The translations under genes were made by a program, and so were the position numbers. Under the pieces are notes generated by a model. The model ran no database searches, was not told the origin of the DNA, and saw nothing but the letters and a program-made list of their open reading frames with translations. Positions 58,641-64,000 of a stretch of DNA of 64,000 bases are shown in pieces (the stretch's first letter is position 1; every line of letters begins with the position of its first letter). The stretch covers positions 53,196,001 through 53,260,000 of the forward strand of contig NC_043007.1 of assembly GCF_006345805.1 (NCBI RefSeq), read 5' to 3'. Origin of the DNA: Octopus sinensis. Its lineage: Eukaryota.

Positions 58641-60446
58641 TTCTCGCTCTTTGTTTCTTTCTCCTTTCTCTCTCACTTTCCCACTCTCTTACTCTTCCTT
58701 TCTCTCGGACTCTCCCTCGCTTTCTCTTGCTCTCTATCTTTATGTATCTCTCTCCCATTTATAAACAACAAAAGATCTTGAGTAAGTTGAGAAATAAAAT
58801 ATTTAGAAAGATCAATCATGAATATCAGGCAGTTACAAAGGAAAGGTCTGCTTCAAGGCAGACAGAAAACACTAACATTTAAAAGGGACAGACGAACTTG
58901 CGAGCTGAATAAAAATAATAAAATATTGGAAACCAAAGTTTGAAGGGATAGAATTTGAGGATAGTAGAGTCACCATGGCTGGCATTTCTTAACGACGGAC
59001 AGCAATGTATTGACAGTTCAACGGCTGGCGTAAAATTTTGAACTTGATGTAAAAGAAAATCCCTACGCAAATTTTTTAGCTTGATGTAACAGAGAATTGC
59101 TAAACACCCGCTCCTTTAAATTTTAATCCCCTTCCAGCCCCATTTATACCCCTTTTCACCTTTTGGTTAATATAACCCGATTTCATTTGGGTCTACTGGG
59201 GCCACATTTTATAAGATGAAGACTCAACCAAGTTTCCCAAGTTCTGGTCATAGACCATAGAACAGTCAAGCAAGTTTCCCGAGTTCTGGTCATTTGCAGA
59301 ATAAATAGAGACGGCGGAGGTGGCAGACGTCGTTGCAATGTAAACATGATTTGTTATAAGAGAAAGATTGTCCAGATTGTGTGTTGCTGGTGGTGGTGGC
59401 GATGATAATTATCTTTAAGAATGGAGATAAAGAGAAATTGAATGGGAGTTAGAGGTAGAAAGAGAAGGTGTAAATTTTGGAGTGAATCCGACGGGATATA
59501 GTGGGCTTTAACCCCGGCAAAAAAAAAAAATATCTGTTGCGTTTCTGAAAGAGGTGAAGTAGGAATATTGAAACTTTTGCGGCTGTCATTGATAGACTCG
59601 TTGTAGAATAAATAGAGACGGCGAAAAAAGAGAGAGCTCGAGAAAGAAAAGGTGATATATGAAAGAGAGGACGGGAAAATGAAATATTTTGCAATGTAAA
59701 CATGATTTTTAAGAGAAAGATTGTCATGATTGTGTGTTGGTGGTGTTGGTGGTGGCGATGATGATTATCATTAGGAAAAAGAGTGAGTGAGTGAGGAAGA
59801 CATACATAAGTTGTGGCGATGATAAATTGTAGACACCTTTTCACATTTTGATGAAGAGAACCCGATTTCATTCGGGTGTACTGGGGCCACATATCGGTGT
59901 GTGTGTGTGTGCACGCTGTAGAAATTAAATTAGAGATAAAACCACTAATAGGGAAATGAAACAGTAAAAAACCAAAAACAAAAACATAAAAATAAAAATA
60001 TAATATTAGATATATGTATATATGTGTGTGTGTGTTGACAGGTAGACAATAGAATGCGATGGCGATGGCGATGTAATATTTGTTTCTGTCTAGGAAACTG
60101 ATAGATACATGAGTAAAATGTATGGGAAGCTAAGAGATAGAGTGATGAAAATGTTCTTGGAAGAGAGGAAATAGCGAGAGAGTGATTTGAGGAAGACTTT
60201 ACATTAAATAACCGTAGTGGCATTGTCAAATGAAGAGGAGTGAGAAAGTACTGGAGGAAGTAGGGTGAGTGAGGAAGATGGCCCCTAGCAACCACACCTT
60301 TTAAGATAGGGATTTCTAAGGTAGCCCACGCGCATCGTCACCTCATTCTACATGTCCCTGTAAATTTTGGAGCGAATCGGACGGGATGTAGTGGCATTGA
60401 AAGCGATCCAAGCGGTAAAAACGCATTTCAGTTTTATATATAGAGA

Positions 60447-60700
60447 AGATGAGAATGTGTGTCTGTGTGAGTCCCTAAAACTTGAGAACTACACAACCAA
60501 TTACATTCAAATTTTACACATGCCTTACTTAGGGTTCATGTAGTGCCATAGGCCAAAAATGTTTTAACTTCTTGCCTAGTGCAAGCCCACACCAATATCA
60601 TATCTTCTCCACTATTTCAGTATTACATGTCAAAAGTGAAACAATAACATCTCTCTATTGTAAAGATACTTTAATAGTTTCACTTTAATAATGAAACTAT
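60447..60700 (+). mobile_element. Non-autonomous Helitron-like element, same family as 6110-6378
   Basis: Reverse complement of 6110-6375. Confidence 0.6.
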
Positions 60701-60806
60701 TAAAGTGAAACTATTATCTCACATATATACAGGCATACATCCATATACACATACATACATACATACAATATATATATATTATGCATATATATATACACAC
60801 ACACAC

Positions 60807-60839
<33 letters not shown>

Positions 60840-61400
60840 ATATTCCATCATAACCTTCTCAATTTCCAAGTTGATATCCAATAGATTCTTCTCCGATGCT
60901 ATTTTGTATTTAGCGTTAAGTTCTTTCATTATAAGTTTACTATAAGTAGTACAGTCAAGCCTATATAAGTTTCCGGTTTTATTAGCTGGGACTAGGATGC
61001 CTGGTTTATTATGCAATGACTTCTAGTAGTGGATTTTTTCTACTTTTGAATATCTTTTTATAATAATTATTTTCATGTGTTTCAGGAGATTCCTTTTTCT
61101 TTTTAGCATCATGATGGTAAGCAATCCATCTTACTCGCCGAATAAATTCATTTGTTCTATGGATTAGTAGCCACATATAGGTGTCCTTACTATGTAAGGG
61201 GAATTCCTGAGAAAATTCTATATTAACCTTTTCCATCCTGTTGAAAATTAAGTACCAGAAAATACTCTAGGTATGGTAAATAAGTTCAGTAAAATTTAGA
61301 TTCAGATGAATACGGTACTTAAGTTGAAGGCACCAGAATTTAGTATGGTATTATCCATATAATTTAAAATAAGGTGATTATAATCAAAATAAGCAACAAG
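60840..61400 (-). mobile_element. Penelope-like element N-terminal remnant
   Basis: LIHRTNEFIRRVRWIAYH and ILVPANKTGNLYRL resemble the PLE F..R.RW.A and ADKT.N.Y motifs. Confidence 0.7.
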
Positions 61401-61904
61401 GATATCCAGAGGTAATGCAGTACGATCGTTTCATGCAACTCCATTTAATTGAATAATGCAAACATTACATCAATTTAAAATGTAGAGCAATCTTCAGCTG
61501 CATAAAAATATAGAATTTAGTTAAATTCGAAGGACTCATTCGTATAATTTTATCCAAAATCACCAAGAGGATAAGGAGATAGACAAAGAACATGTTTTAC
61601 CAACATCACAGTTGTAACTGAGATTTTTCAAAAAAGACACTGCTTAACACTGATTATTTCTGTTATTTAGATTTACTAATGGGGTGGGGTGGGGTGGGGT
61701 GGGGGGCTCAGTTTTAATTTATAGGCTAGTTTATCAAATCTAAGAGAAGACAGAGTGTAGTATCATTTATGGATAGGGCAAAATAGATAGACAATTTAAG
61801 TGGCAAAGTCATACATCAAGATTTCTTTGAAGCAAAGCCATTTGGTTCAGTAAGAATATACTTCAGACAAGTATTTTGCTATTTTGTAGACCAATGCTTA
61901 TGGG

Positions 61905-62095
61905 ACTCTCTTTACTCTTTTACTTGTTTCAGTCATTTGACTGCGGCCATGCTGGAGCACCGCCTTTAGTCAAGTGAATCGACCCCGGGACATTCTTTGT
62001 AAGCCCAGTACTTAACCGCTTAGTGACGGGGACGTAAACACACCAGCATCGGTTGTCAAGCAATGCTAGGGGGACAAACACAAACACACAAACAT

Positions 62096-62164
<69 letters not shown>

Positions 62165-62312
62165 TATGACAGGCTTCTCTCAGTTTCCGTCTACCAAATC
62201 CACTCACAAGGCTATAGCAGAAGACACTTGCCCAAGATGCCACACAGTGGGACTGAACCCGGAACCATGTGGTTGGTAAGCAAGCTACTTACCACACAGC
62301 CACTTCTGCGCC
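61905..62312 (-). mobile_element. Full-length octopus-type tRNA-derived SINE (family of 28038)
   Basis: Reverse complement ggcgcagaagtggctgtgtggtaagtagcttgc..ggttccgggttcagtcccactg. Internal (TA)n. Confidence 0.88.
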
Positions 62313-62999
62313 AGGGAGAATGATTTCATATAGTAGCAGTACATTTACCTACTATAAAACAATGTTATTTGTATTTACACAAATACATTTTAGAGTTAGT
62401 CTAAAGAATACTAAGAAGAATATTTTTGAATACTTTCAGTATATATCAAAAATTTCACACAATAGAGGGACAATGGTAAGTATTGGATATCCTCGTTGCT
62501 TATTTTGATTAAATATATATATGTATGTATACATCTGCACAAATGTATATATATAGATGTATATATATATAGATGTATATATATAGATGTATGTATAATC
62601 AAAATAAGCAACAAGGATATCCAAGGTAGAGTAGTACAATTGTTTCATGCTTCTTCATTTTATTAAACACTGTAAGTATTACATCAGTTTTAAAATATCG
62701 AGCAATCTTCATCCACATATATAATTTTCCAATTAAACGGACAATGCACATTCTTATTCCTATTTCATTTGCCAACATTATAAAGAGGGTAGATATATAG
62801 ACAGAGAGATTAATTTCATTCTTAAGAACATGATAGTAGTATGTTCATTCTCTGTCTGTAGATTTTTATCATTGAGTTCACTTTGTTATTTAGATCTTTC
62901 AGTGGGGAGGTTTTTTTTTAAATTCTTGGTTGAATGGAGACAAACAAGGATTTTTTCTATTTATAGATAAAAGAATGGGTAGTACAAATGTCAAAGCCA

Positions 63000-64000
63000 T
63001 AAACCCATCCTCATTTCGAAGAATTCAGTTTAGATATATTTGAATGTATTATAGCAAAAATTAGTAGGCTGAAGTTAGTGGTGTAGGGGGAATAGAGACT
63101 GCTAATGCTCAAGAGGTTTTTCAATGTCTCTTACCATTTAAAAGCCAAATTCTATATTAAGAATTTTAGGTAAATATCCTTTAGATAATTTTCTAAGGGA
63201 TTTCAATAAATATTAGTATCTTATATAGCGATAGGAAATATAGAAATCATTTCATATTTATATAACTATATATATATATCCATTTCTTTTAATATAGAAT
63301 CATAGTTAGCTAGTAAATGGTGATTTATTTTATTAATGAGTTGAATTAAAAGAATATGTCAGACAATATTTACTAAGTGTGGAAAAAAAAAACTTAGCAC
63401 ATATATCAGGAGTCAATAAGATATATTAAAAAGTAATGGAAGGGAGGTAATCAAGATGAACCAAGTAATTTCCCTAGATCTACAGATTTTTTTTGCAATC
63501 CCATATAGGAGAGTATCAAAAAAATTCTAATTTCATTAAATTCAAATTTATTTATATAATGAAATTTCTTACTAATCTATGCAGGTTAAATAAAAGCTAG
63601 TATGGTATATTAATTCCTTATTTGGTTACAAAATATTAAGATTTTAAAATTTAGGAATGGTCAGAATGTTATTATTTAAAATACTTAAATGTACGGGTTG
63701 CACAATGTATACAGGATGCTCACAGTTCGGAATGGTTATTCAATAAGTTTGTATTATTCCTATGTTTTAAAATTTCATATGTCTCCATAGAACAAAGTTT
63801 ACATCCATCCCTACTATTTTTATAAGGCTGTGCCTTTCTTATTATATCCCATTTTAGGTTAAATTCGATATTTTTTTCTTTCAGTTCCCAAATTTTACTG
63901 GACAACATTGTGCAACCCGCCTTATGTTTAAGTCTAAAAGAAGAAAAATGATTCTTCAAACGTTTCTTTAGGTCTATTGAACATCCAAAATAAAGATAGC
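63000..64000 (-). mobile_element. Penelope-like element(s): GIY-YIG C-terminus at 63700-64000, followed by decayed RT-like pieces
   Basis: NHFSSFRLKH...LSSKIWELKEKNIEFNLKWDII..CKLCSME..LLNNHSEL. Confidence 0.8.

Overview
Eukaryotic, repeat-saturated DNA, most likely from a coleoid cephalopod such as Octopus. This is inferred from (TATG/CATA)n expansions, octopus-type tRNA-derived SINEs and GC-expanded rRNA variable regions. There is at most one candidate host exon, and most of the ORF track is microsatellite or GC-rich rDNA noise. Positions 1-46 kb are a pile of decayed transposons: CR1/L2-type, RTE, L1/Tx1, Penelope-like, R4/Dong-like and Hero-like LINE pieces, mariner, SINEs, and an RT/RNaseH-less Mag-type Gypsy element nested in a Tx1 endonuclease. 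The main system is at 46.3-58.3 kb. It is a full-length, apparently intact clade-A R2 retrotransposon (1139-codon ORF: 3 zinc fingers, Myb, RT, CCHC, RLE) at the canonical 28S site. It has a predictable HDV-like 5' ribozyme whose P1 helix uses host 28S bases. The host rDNA unit is miniaturised: 18S V7 is fused to 28S D8, and 20 nt are deleted in the peptidyl-transferase region. It is followed by degenerate tandem copies of the R2 target with the cut site deleted. The whole satellite+rDNA+R2 cassette lies between two collinear pieces of a Helitron RepHel ORF. Family assignments come from motif recognition by eye, with no database searches, and assembly artefacts cannot be excluded.
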